This document shows positions 1 through 7,816 of a stretch of 64,000 nt of DNA, one piece after another (the stretch's first letter is position 1; each line of letters begins with the position of its first letter). The stretch is taken from the sequence record PP658200.1. One strand, written 5' to 3'. Under the pieces are notes generated by a model. It saw nothing but the letters and a program-made list of their open reading frames with translations. It was not told where the DNA came from and did not search any database. This DNA is from Escherichia phage HY126. A program made the translations under genes and the position numbers.

Positions 1-1125
1 TGCAGACGGAGCATCAGAAGTTTTAACCGGAACTTTAGTTGTTGCTTTGCAATTAATAAGGTCGTTAACAGCGTCATCAACTTCTTTAATAGAAGAGATA
101 GCACCTAGTTTATATTTAGTTTCAATTGCATCTCGGAAAGGTTTGTGTTTAAACAACGGTCCCCAGAATTCTACACAATCAGTAGCTTTAGCACGCCATG
201 ATTTTTCTTCACGAATCATTTCGCCTGTTTCTTCGTCAAGGAATTCTCGAGCATACCACCCGGCTTTAGGCTTAACTACAAAACCGATTTCAGTTGCCAT
301 TTCTAACAAGCCACTGAATGGGTCAATACCGCCATCAAAATTAACCGTGATCGGGAAAGTAGATTTCTCTTTAACTGTACGAGATTTTTCTGCTTTCAAC
401 GTGAAGTCATAACCGGTCAATTCTGTACCTTCTTTAACCTGACGTTTAGAGATAAAAAATACCGTGTTGGCAGAATAAAGAATACCTGTACCACCGCCCA
501 TAATCTCTTTAGGATATAGTCCGCCGATTTCCATTGCTGTATGGTTAATTGCAACACACGGAATATCTTTAATAGTCAGATACGGGGTCACAATACGGAA
601 AAGAGATTTAAGTGCCTTAGCACGAGACATATCACCTACGACTTTCTCGTTCAACGCATCTTCGGTTTCTTTCTTAGATGCAGTATTACCGATTGAATCG
701 ATAAAGATAATAACTTTATCACCGCGTTCAATCGCGTCAAGCTGATTAGTCATATCAACTTTAAGTTGTTCGACAGATTGAATCGGAGTATGAACTACAC
801 GGTCTAAATCAACACCCATTGAACGAAAATAAGATTCTGAAGCACCAAATTCTGAATCATAGAACAAACAAATTGCATCTTTATATTTCTTCATATATGC
901 TGCAACCATGGTCAGTCCAAACAACGTTTTAAAGTGTTTAGAAGGAGCAGCAAAAATAGTTAAGCCTGATTGCAACCCAGCATTCAGTGCACCACCTAAT
1001 GCAATATTCAACATCGGAATACGAGTAGGGACTTCATCGCGATTATTAAACAACTTAGACTTAGTCAAGTCTGCAGTCATTTTAGAAGTAGAAGCTTTAA
1101 TCAGACGAGATTTTAAATCAGACAT
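1..1125 (-). CDS. uvsX: UvsX RecA-like recombinase, C-terminus cut by window edge
   Basis: Minus frame open to window edge, ATG at 1125..1123; translation MSDLKSRLIKASTSK...GGTGILYSANTVFF matches T4-family UvsX. Absent from ORF track because it runs off the edge. Confidence 0.95.
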   Translation of the reverse strand, partial: MSDLKSRLIKASTSKMTADLTKSKLFNNRDEVPTRIPMLNIALGGALNAGLQSGLTIFAAPSKHFKTLFGLTMVAAYMKKYKDAICLFYDSEFGASESYFRSMGVDLDRVVHTPIQSVEQLKVDMTNQLDAIERGDKVIIFIDSIGNTASKKETEDALNEKVVGDMSRAKALKSLFRIVTPYLTIKDIPCVAINHTAMEIGGLYPKEIMGGGTGILYSANTVFFISKRQVKEGTELTGYDFTLKAEKSRTVKEKSTFPITVNFDGGIDPFSGLLEMATEIGFVVKPKAGWYAREFLDEETGEMIREEKSWRAKATDCVEFWGPLFKHKPFRDAIETKYKLGAISSIKEVDDAVNDLINCKATTKVPVKTSDAPSA

Positions 1126-1224
1126 TGTATTTTTCCATAGGCATCATTATATTTTACTCATGTTTAAAAGATAAGACGATTATATACTAAGGGTTATACA
1201 GCATTTAAAACTTTAAACAGGCTC

Positions 1225-1773
1225 TTAACGAGCCCATTTGATAATTTCTGTAATCAAATTATTACGTTCGCTTGCATTAAATCCTATAACTTTGTTAGCA
1301 CCATCATGATTAAGTAATTGATACGTTTGGATTTCGTTATGAATTGCAAACTCTTCAAAATATGAAATGACTGTATTAAAACCGAACGAAGACAAAGTAA
1401 TAAGGTCGTCTTCAAAACTTTCAGTCATTTCGTTACGTGTTAAAATAATTGTGAACACATCATGGTTTTGGCAAAGACGAACATAATCCTGTTCATAAAC
1501 GTCAAGAACCGAGTCCGCATCTTGTCGAATACGTCCATAAACCCAGTTACTAATATATCCACGGTCTAACAGATAAATCTTAGTAGGGTCTAAATAATTC
1601 AACATCGTTTCGAAACAGCCAACTTCATTTCGAGACTTAACATCGAAACGTCCATCAACTGTTCGTTTAGGGAAATCAATCTTTACATATCTTTCACTAA
1701 TTTCCATTATGTCATTAATGAAAGTTGTTTTACCAGCATTATCCGGGCCATCTACTAAAATAATTTTAGCCAT
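1225..1773 (-). CDS. Thymidylate/dNMP-kinase-like P-loop kinase
   Basis: ORF track 182 aa; Walker A GPDNAGKTT and downstream LLDRGY (DR motif) as in Tmk-type kinases. Confidence 0.6.
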   Translation of the reverse strand: MAKIILVDGPDNAGKTTFINDIMEISERYVKIDFPKRTVDGRFDVKSRNEVGCFETMLNYLDPTKIYLLDRGYISNWVYGRIRQDADSVLDVYEQDYVRLCQNHDVFTIILTRNEMTESFEDDLITLSSFGFNTVISYFEEFAIHNEIQTYQLLNHDGANKVIGFNASERNNLITEIIKWAR

Positions 1774-1774
1774 T

Positions 1775-2674
1775 TTATTCCTCGATTACGACATCTTCAT
1801 ATTTAGGTATATTATACGGCGAAGAAATTAAAGCATTAAAGTAGATGAACTCGCCAAGACCTGGATGGAATACTTCTTCAGGATTTTCGAAATATTGAAT
1901 CTTCGGACGTCCTTTAAGAATTTGATAGTACTCAGTTTTAGTTGGTTTAAAAATTCGAATCAACGCTTCTTCAGGATACTTATTTCTGTCGAAGCTATTA
2001 TTTGGATCGGTTATATAAAGCGGTTGGCCTAATTGAATTGCACATTCAACCACTTGTTCAAAACGATAGCACGGGTCACTAATTCGAAATGGATGAAAAA
2101 TACCATCTAGATGAATAGGAGCCAAATCACCTACAAGACGCTGCATGATGGAAGGACGTATAACTTTCTGCGTTACGATAATCTTATTACCATCTGCACC
2201 TGCGTTAACCAGCACTTCTTTTTGACGTTCATTCAACACAGTAGTTTGAAGTGAACGATTAACCGACAACATATCAGTTTTTAAGAATTCGTCAATATAA
2301 AAACGTGGTTTATTAGGGTCTGCAGTGATATTGAAATTGAATTCCACATCAAAAGTGCCGGCATATCCGGTGATATCTGTGATTAGAAAATCACAATCAT
2401 AATAAGCAATTAATGAATCAACCACAAATTCATTTTCAGACCAGAAATATTTACGAGTGTTATACGCGTTATCTTTATACCATAATGGAACAAACTTAAA
2501 TTCTGGAAAAAGACGTTCGCATTCTTTAATATCAGATGCATTACGTGGATATGTAATCACATCACCCGGATTAGCACGGTGCAAATGAAGTTGGAAGTTG
2601 CCATCCTTAAGGATAGCATACTGTCCAGTTTCATAAGACCGCATACTCAAGATAGGTACGCGGAAAATAGCCAT
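1775..2674 (-). CDS. Hypothetical protein at the position T4 uses for beta-glucosyltransferase
   Basis: ORF track 299 aa; ATG overlaps gene 42 stop; no recognisable similarity to T4 beta-gt or alpha-gt. Confidence 0.6.
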   Translation of the reverse strand: MAIFRVPILSMRSYETGQYAILKDGNFQLHLHRANPGDVITYPRNASDIKECERLFPEFKFVPLWYKDNAYNTRKYFWSENEFVVDSLIAYYDCDFLITDITGYAGTFDVEFNFNITADPNKPRFYIDEFLKTDMLSVNRSLQTTVLNERQKEVLVNAGADGNKIIVTQKVIRPSIMQRLVGDLAPIHLDGIFHPFRISDPCYRFEQVVECAIQLGQPLYITDPNNSFDRNKYPEEALIRIFKPTKTEYYQILKGRPKIQYFENPEEVFHPGLGEFIYFNALISSPYNIPKYEDVVIEE

Positions 2675-3390
2675 TAGTCAAGGAATCCTTTAACATAATC
2701 AAAATCACGTTCAAACACATGGGCACTTACCATGGTATGAGTATAATCACCAACTTCTACACCACATTCGTTAGCGATATAATGAAGTAATTTTCCTTGG
2801 AGATAAAAATCCAACTGCATAACAACAGCACAGTTCTGAGAACGCATATGACAGTGGGTATAAAGCTTACCATCACGAATATAATAAGTCACTGAGTCAG
2901 TACATGGATATTCAAGCGTTTCGTCTGAATCAAGCAAAGCCTGATCGGAACTTTCTAGAATTTGGAACACAACTCTTCGGGAGTTAGGCTTCTCTTTAAG
3001 TTCTTTTAGAAGAGCTGGTAATTGGGCCGCAATGCGAGGACCATAGAAAGTGTTGAAGTTTGCAGGCAAAGCGTCTGATTTAGGTTTAGAAATAAATTTA
3101 GCGACGTTAGGATATGCCTTAAATGCTTCTTTTGCATCAGTACCACCAGAAATCATAAATTTCCAGAAATCTTCAGCATATTCATAAGAGATGCGATTAA
3201 TACGTGGGTCGGTCATTTTGAATGATGAAGGGGTATCAACAACTACTGTCATAGACCCAATTTCATTACAACGTCCAATACGAGAATCAGTAACGAACTG
3301 TGGATTTTCTAAAATTTCACGATTGACAGCTTTAAATGCGGATTGAAAATCTGCGGCTTTAATATATTTCATTGTGTTATGTTTTCCCAT
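2674..3390 (-). CDS. 42: dCMP hydroxymethylase
   Basis: ORF track 238 aa; thymidylate-synthase-fold signatures (NSRRVVFQILE, CTDSVTYYIRD, SAHVF) as in T4 gp42. Confidence 0.85.
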   Translation of the reverse strand: MGKHNTMKYIKAADFQSAFKAVNREILENPQFVTDSRIGRCNEIGSMTVVVDTPSSFKMTDPRINRISYEYAEDFWKFMISGGTDAKEAFKAYPNVAKFISKPKSDALPANFNTFYGPRIAAQLPALLKELKEKPNSRRVVFQILESSDQALLDSDETLEYPCTDSVTYYIRDGKLYTHCHMRSQNCAVVMQLDFYLQGKLLHYIANECGVEVGDYTHTMVSAHVFERDFDYVKGFLD

Positions 3391-3572
3391 GTTTACCTCA
3401 ATACAGTTATTATATACTCAATTCATAAAGCTTATTTGAATTTCTTAGCGATGTTGATATAACGTAAAGCTTCAGCATCGATACTTCCAAGAACACTATG
3501 AAGAAATGCATCAGCATAGTATTCTAGTTGAACAGGTTTCTTTAATCACTTTAAGCCGCTTTGGTTTCAAAC

Positions 3573-3592
3573 AGGCCCATAAGGGCCTTTTT
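3573..3592. terminator. Stem-loop AGGCCC-ataa-GGGCCT with T5 run on the plus strand
   Basis: Perfect 6-bp stem read directly; lies ~80 nt 3' of the 3670..4830 stop in the 42/sugar-module intergenic gap. Confidence 0.35.
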
Positions 3593-3669
3593 AAGAATTT
3601 GTTCGTTGCTGTTAATTTTCATAGTCAAAATCTCTTCATTAAGTTGGTGGTTAAAAGTTTTTCTAGAAA

Positions 3670-4830
3670 TCATTCTGGGTACCTCAAAGCGTCGTCAGAG
3701 TTAGTTATATCAATAATAGATATAGAGTTTTCTGATAACCCATTTTTAGATAATTGACGTTTATAATATCTTTCACAATATGTACACGTCGTCCCACAGA
3801 TTTCATTAGCACAATCGAAATCTGGATGTCTGAACCACCTTTTTTCTAAAAAGCCATCTAACAAAGAGGTTTCAATATTTACCGTATGTGAAAACTCGGT
3901 CTCATTTTCAAGAGTGAAAATGGTCTCTAAAGGCTTCCACAATTCCAACAAATTACCTTCAAATTTTTCGGAAGCATAAGCTTCAAGAACTTTCAAAATG
4001 TAGTCTGTGCTACCTGTACGTCCTGAAACTTTGAATTGAGTGATACCAATATCATTATAAAGTTTCAAATCTTGAGGACGAACAAAACGAGTTCTCAACC
4101 AGTTAAATGGATCTGTATCACGAGCTTTAATGCAGTGTTGCATTGGATATCCATTTAAGGATTTAGCATCATCAGCGGTAACATCAGTACTATGGAAAAT
4201 ATAGCAAGAGTCACGATAGCTACAATGTGTTGTATACCCTTTACCAGCATTAGAACAGAACTCATTTACAAGAACTTCAAATATTATATTGTTCTTATTG
4301 CAAAACTCTGCTGCACGCTTCAGGAAAGAAACCGAACGGTTCTTATGAATTCCACAGCAGACCTTTTTGATATTATACTGGTCATGCAAGTATTTGATTT
4401 GAGTTACAGCATCGACATGTAGAATTGTTGAAACTTCAATCTCAATGTCTTTATTGACTTCACGAACAATTTCCATAACAACAGGGTTAGCGATAGTAAT
4501 ACGCCATACGCCTATTGACCAAAGATACTGAACATAATCCTGAATAGCTTTCTTCTTCCACTCAACTAGTTCTCTTTTTGAACCAGGATTTATCGTGTTG
4601 AGTGTATAGTTAAAGCAAATACCTAATTCGTTACAACGTTTAACGTAATCTTCTAACATCTTTTTGTCAACGTCAGGAAGCCTAAAATCAGGTCTGGCTG
4701 CTACAAAAGCCATTTCTCTTGTAGAGCCGTATACTTCATTTATCAAGCTATTAGGATAAGTTTTATTGAGCTCTACGATTTTATCAAGAAGAGCTAAATC
4801 AAAATTCGTTCCGATTTTAAAAGTATTCAT
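3670..4830 (-). CDS. Cys-rich protein of unknown function, last gene of sugar-nucleotide module
   Basis: ORF track 386 aa; C-terminal CANEICGTTCTYC cluster; weak resemblance to TIM-barrel/U32-like proteins, not firm. Confidence 0.6.
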   Translation of the reverse strand: MNTFKIGTNFDLALLDKIVELNKTYPNSLINEVYGSTREMAFVAARPDFRLPDVDKKMLEDYVKRCNELGICFNYTLNTINPGSKRELVEWKKKAIQDYVQYLWSIGVWRITIANPVVMEIVREVNKDIEIEVSTILHVDAVTQIKYLHDQYNIKKVCCGIHKNRSVSFLKRAAEFCNKNNIIFEVLVNEFCSNAGKGYTTHCSYRDSCYIFHSTDVTADDAKSLNGYPMQHCIKARDTDPFNWLRTRFVRPQDLKLYNDIGITQFKVSGRTGSTDYILKVLEAYASEKFEGNLLELWKPLETIFTLENETEFSHTVNIETSLLDGFLEKRWFRHPDFDCANEICGTTCTYCERYYKRQLSKNGLSENSISIIDITNSDDALRYPE

Positions 4831-4884
4831 TTTTACATCTCGCGTTAATTGATGCGATGGTTTTTGCAGGTCTTACTTAAATTA

Positions 4885-5271
4885 TTATAGATTCGGTTTA
4901 TATGATTTAAATGTTTCGAATTCGCCTTTATTCATAAGAGCTTTGAATTCGTCAGGACGCATAGCTTTGTCGTCGATAATCCAATCATATACTGGTTTAT
5001 GTGTTAGCAAATTATGGTACTTCAAGCCAATGTTTGCCAAGTTCTGAATCAGACTTGGGAGAATGTCAATTGCTATACGACCAGGACCTACTGACTTCAT
5101 ACCGCGAGCAGTGTAAAGCGTTATTGTATGCCCTGCATCATACAGGGCATTAATGGCAGACACCATTTCGACGTCTGGTTTGAAGTTCACGTAATCACGA
5201 TTGTTATTCCACTCGGTTATACAATCATCGACATCAAAACAAAGATTAAGCATGTTTTCTACACGGTGCAT
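4885..5271 (-). CDS. HAD-superfamily phosphatase (sugar-phosphate phosphatase-like)
   Basis: HAD motifs FDVDDCIT, TARG, DWIIDDK; start moved to second ATG (5271) which overlaps upstream stop by 1 nt (track start 5286). Confidence 0.7.
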   Translation of the reverse strand: MHRVENMLNLCFDVDDCITEWNNNRDYVNFKPDVEMVSAINALYDAGHTITLYTARGMKSVGPGRIAIDILPSLIQNLANIGLKYHNLLTHKPVYDWIIDDKAMRPDEFKALMNKGEFETFKSYKPNL

Positions 5272-6959
5272 TAGATTCGTTCCCATTGATGAGTGATATC
5301 GCCACCGATTGGACGATAGGAAACACCAGTTTCTTTATCAGTTAGTACCCATTTACCAGGATTTTTTGTAATCAGAGTAGCCGTTACAGGTTCTGCTACG
5401 TCATAACTAATAGAGCCGTCCTGAAGTACACGGCCCATGTTACGTAATTGCTTAGTCAGAAGTTCCATACCTTTATAATATGCGGCTACCGCTTTAAGTG
5501 GATTATTCTTGAAATAACCACCTAATGCAATCCAGATAATTGCCACTGCCAAATGATGATACTCGTTAAACGAACTCATCTTTCCATATTTGTAAACTAA
5601 TGGATTGATGTTAATAGACACATTACAAGTTGTTTCATCAATAGTAAACTGTCCCCAAGTCGGATTAGCGTTGAATTCATCATAACCTGAAACAGCGTAA
5701 AGCACTTTAGCTTCATCATACAATTTTGGCCCATAAATCTTGGTTTCACCAAAATATCCACGAGGGTCGATAAACTTGACTTCACAATTATCAGTAATCA
5801 TAGTATTACTGAAGTTCGGGTCGCCATGAATAACAGAGTACTGTCCCTGAGAACGGTTATGATAACGAATAAGGTGTTCTAAAGCTTGTTTCAACATTGG
5901 CTTCAGACGCCCAATCTTAGTGTAGTTCACATGTGTTATTTTACCAAATGAATCAATCAATGGTTGAATACTTTCACAACGATCAATAACTTTAGTATAG
6001 AATTCTTTAGTGAAATCACGACGAACAGTTTCAGGACTTACAAAATAAGTGTCTGTGCTGAATTTCAGTGCATCTAAAATTGCATCAACAATTTGTGGAC
6101 GAGCAAGACTTGATTTGGATTTAATATATTCAAATGCTGGCTTACCTTTAATACGTTCCATAATAAAGTGGCCGCCAGGATGATAACTTACAATCCGTGG
6201 AACTGAATCTGATTTAACTTTCTTATACCAATTGACTTCATCTTTTTGAAGTGCAACGCCCTGTTCTGTTAAAGCAATCTTTGTTACCGTTTCTTCGCCA
6301 ATTTCAACTGCATTAAAACTACGATTAAGTTCACGAACTTCATGAGCTTTTTCAAGTTTAGGCATATCACCAAGGTCGATGATATTCATAAGCTCTGATT
6401 TATTGAATGCGCTGCCGTAAAGGAATTCTACGAAATCACGTCCTTTGCAGTATTCATGAATTTCCTCATCAGTAGAACCCATATAGAATTCCCAGTCTTT
6501 GAACTGATAAATTCCTACAACATTACCACCTGTTGAACCTACATTAGTGATATTTTCACCGTCGAAATTATATCGACATTCGTCACCCTTAACATAGATT
6601 GCGTTAACATTCCAAGACCACGAACCAAAATCAGGAATAATATCACACCAGTTAACAATTACATTATGGCCGTCTAAATCTTTGTGCAATTTAGCAAGAG
6701 CATAAGCAGAACCATACGCTTCATCAACTGTACGAATAGTCACATTGAACCCTTCTTGCTCACAATAAGCTCGAACAGTTTCAGCAAATTTTGAATGAAC
6801 TACTACAATAATTTCATCTGCGCCAAGGTCAGAATAAATTGTATACAAATTGCTCAGAATAGTGTCTTGTTTATAGTTAACAAGCACCTTAGGAATATGA
6901 TGCGTTATTGGATACAAACGAGTTGCCAGTCCAGCACCAAGAATAACAGCTTTTTTCAT
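5271..6959 (-). CDS. Bifunctional sugar-1-phosphate nucleotidyltransferase / sugar kinase
   Basis: ORF track 562 aa; N-term ILGAGLATRLYPIT...PKVLV (NTP-transferase fold); C-term IHGDPNFSN (APH/choline-kinase-like catalytic loop). Confidence 0.75.
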   Translation of the reverse strand: MKKAVILGAGLATRLYPITHHIPKVLVNYKQDTILSNLYTIYSDLGADEIIVVVHSKFAETVRAYCEQEGFNVTIRTVDEAYGSAYALAKLHKDLDGHNVIVNWCDIIPDFGSWSWNVNAIYVKGDECRYNFDGENITNVGSTGGNVVGIYQFKDWEFYMGSTDEEIHEYCKGRDFVEFLYGSAFNKSELMNIIDLGDMPKLEKAHEVRELNRSFNAVEIGEETVTKIALTEQGVALQKDEVNWYKKVKSDSVPRIVSYHPGGHFIMERIKGKPAFEYIKSKSSLARPQIVDAILDALKFSTDTYFVSPETVRRDFTKEFYTKVIDRCESIQPLIDSFGKITHVNYTKIGRLKPMLKQALEHLIRYHNRSQGQYSVIHGDPNFSNTMITDNCEVKFIDPRGYFGETKIYGPKLYDEAKVLYAVSGYDEFNANPTWGQFTIDETTCNVSININPLVYKYGKMSSFNEYHHLAVAIIWIALGGYFKNNPLKAVAAYYKGMELLTKQLRNMGRVLQDGSISYDVAEPVTATLITKNPGKWVLTDKETGVSYRPIGGDITHQWERI

Positions 6960-7000
6960 GTTGTGGTCCTCATTGGTAAGTAGGAGTATTGTACACTATT

Positions 7001-7144
7001 CTAGTTAAAGCATTCATACTTTGCTTGTAGTCCAATCATAATCCATCCGATTATAAGAGTCGGAATCATTACTGGAGCCGTTAAGCTCCAGTAGATAGTC
7101 ATGACAAGCATCAATAGTAAAAGTCCTATTGTTATTGCTTTCAT
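7001..7144 (-). CDS. 47-aa hydrophobic peptide (MKAITIGLLLLMLVMTIYW...)
   Basis: ATG overlaps SIS gene stop (ATGA); stop TAG at 7003..7001 precedes the GAGG SD of 5271..6959; two predicted TM stretches. Below ORF-track size cutoff. Confidence 0.4.
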   Translation of the reverse strand: MKAITIGLLLLMLVMTIYWSLTAPVMIPTLIIGWIMIGLQAKYECFN

Positions 7145-7776
7145 TGTTCGCCTCGTAACATGGCACCTAGTGCACCGCCAGGGTGGAACTTAAGGAAGTC
7201 ATTAGAGGTAAATCCACGTTCAGACGAAAGGTTGATAGCAAACGTATCGATAAGCGCTAACAACAATGTAGTGGACATAGTCGGAGCCAGAGAATTCTCA
7301 TCAACCTCTACTGCGATGCCTGTACAGAACGTATAATCAAAAAGAGCTTCGTATTCTTGTGGAATGTCCGGGTTACAATGCAACAGAATCTGTTTGACGT
7401 TCGGACGAATCATTTTAAGATGCTTAGCCACGCCTATCATTTCTTCAGTTTTACCAGAACGACTAATATGAATCAACACATCATTAGGCGCAATGAATCC
7501 TGCATCACCGTGAGAATAATGCCCAGTGTTCAAGTACATACTCGGGATACCGAGTGAAGCAAATGTCTCAGAAGCTTTAGTTGCAATATTAGCATTCTTA
7601 CCAACACCTGTAATAATTACTCGGCTTTCATAATTACTAAGTCCTGGGCGTCGAAGAGTTTCTAGAATAGCATTATAACGAGCAGGGTTTTGACTAATTA
7701 CTTTGGCCATAGCGGCCAAAGAAGAAGCTTGTTTTATGATTGCGTCAATAGCGATAGTAATAGGAGTAGTTTTCAT
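7141..7776 (-). CDS. SIS-domain sugar-phosphate isomerase, KdsD/GutQ-type (arabinose-5-phosphate isomerase-like)
   Basis: ORF track 211 aa; VIITGVGKNANIATKASETFASLGIPS, HGDAG, ISRSGKTEE, PTMSTT pattern typical of KdsD-type SIS domains; no CBS domains. Confidence 0.75.
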   Translation of the reverse strand: MKTTPITIAIDAIIKQASSLAAMAKVISQNPARYNAILETLRRPGLSNYESRVIITGVGKNANIATKASETFASLGIPSMYLNTGHYSHGDAGFIAPNDVLIHISRSGKTEEMIGVAKHLKMIRPNVKQILLHCNPDIPQEYEALFDYTFCTGIAVEVDENSLAPTMSTTLLLALIDTFAINLSSERGFTSNDFLKFHPGGALGAMLRGEQ

Positions 7777-7816
7777 ATTTCTCTCATTTAATTAGTTTAC
7801 CGTCCATGACATTATA

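Noticed and set aside
1775-2674. Calling 1775..2674 beta-glucosyltransferase on positional grounds
   Set aside because: No similarity to T4 beta-gt that I can recognise and shorter (299 vs ~350 aa); left as hypothetical with a noted candidate role.
3573-3592. Plus-strand gene terminated by the AGGCCC/GGGCCT + T5 hairpin
   Set aside because: No credible plus-strand ORF or promoter upstream; on the coding (minus) strand the U tract is weak. Kept as a low-confidence structural element only.
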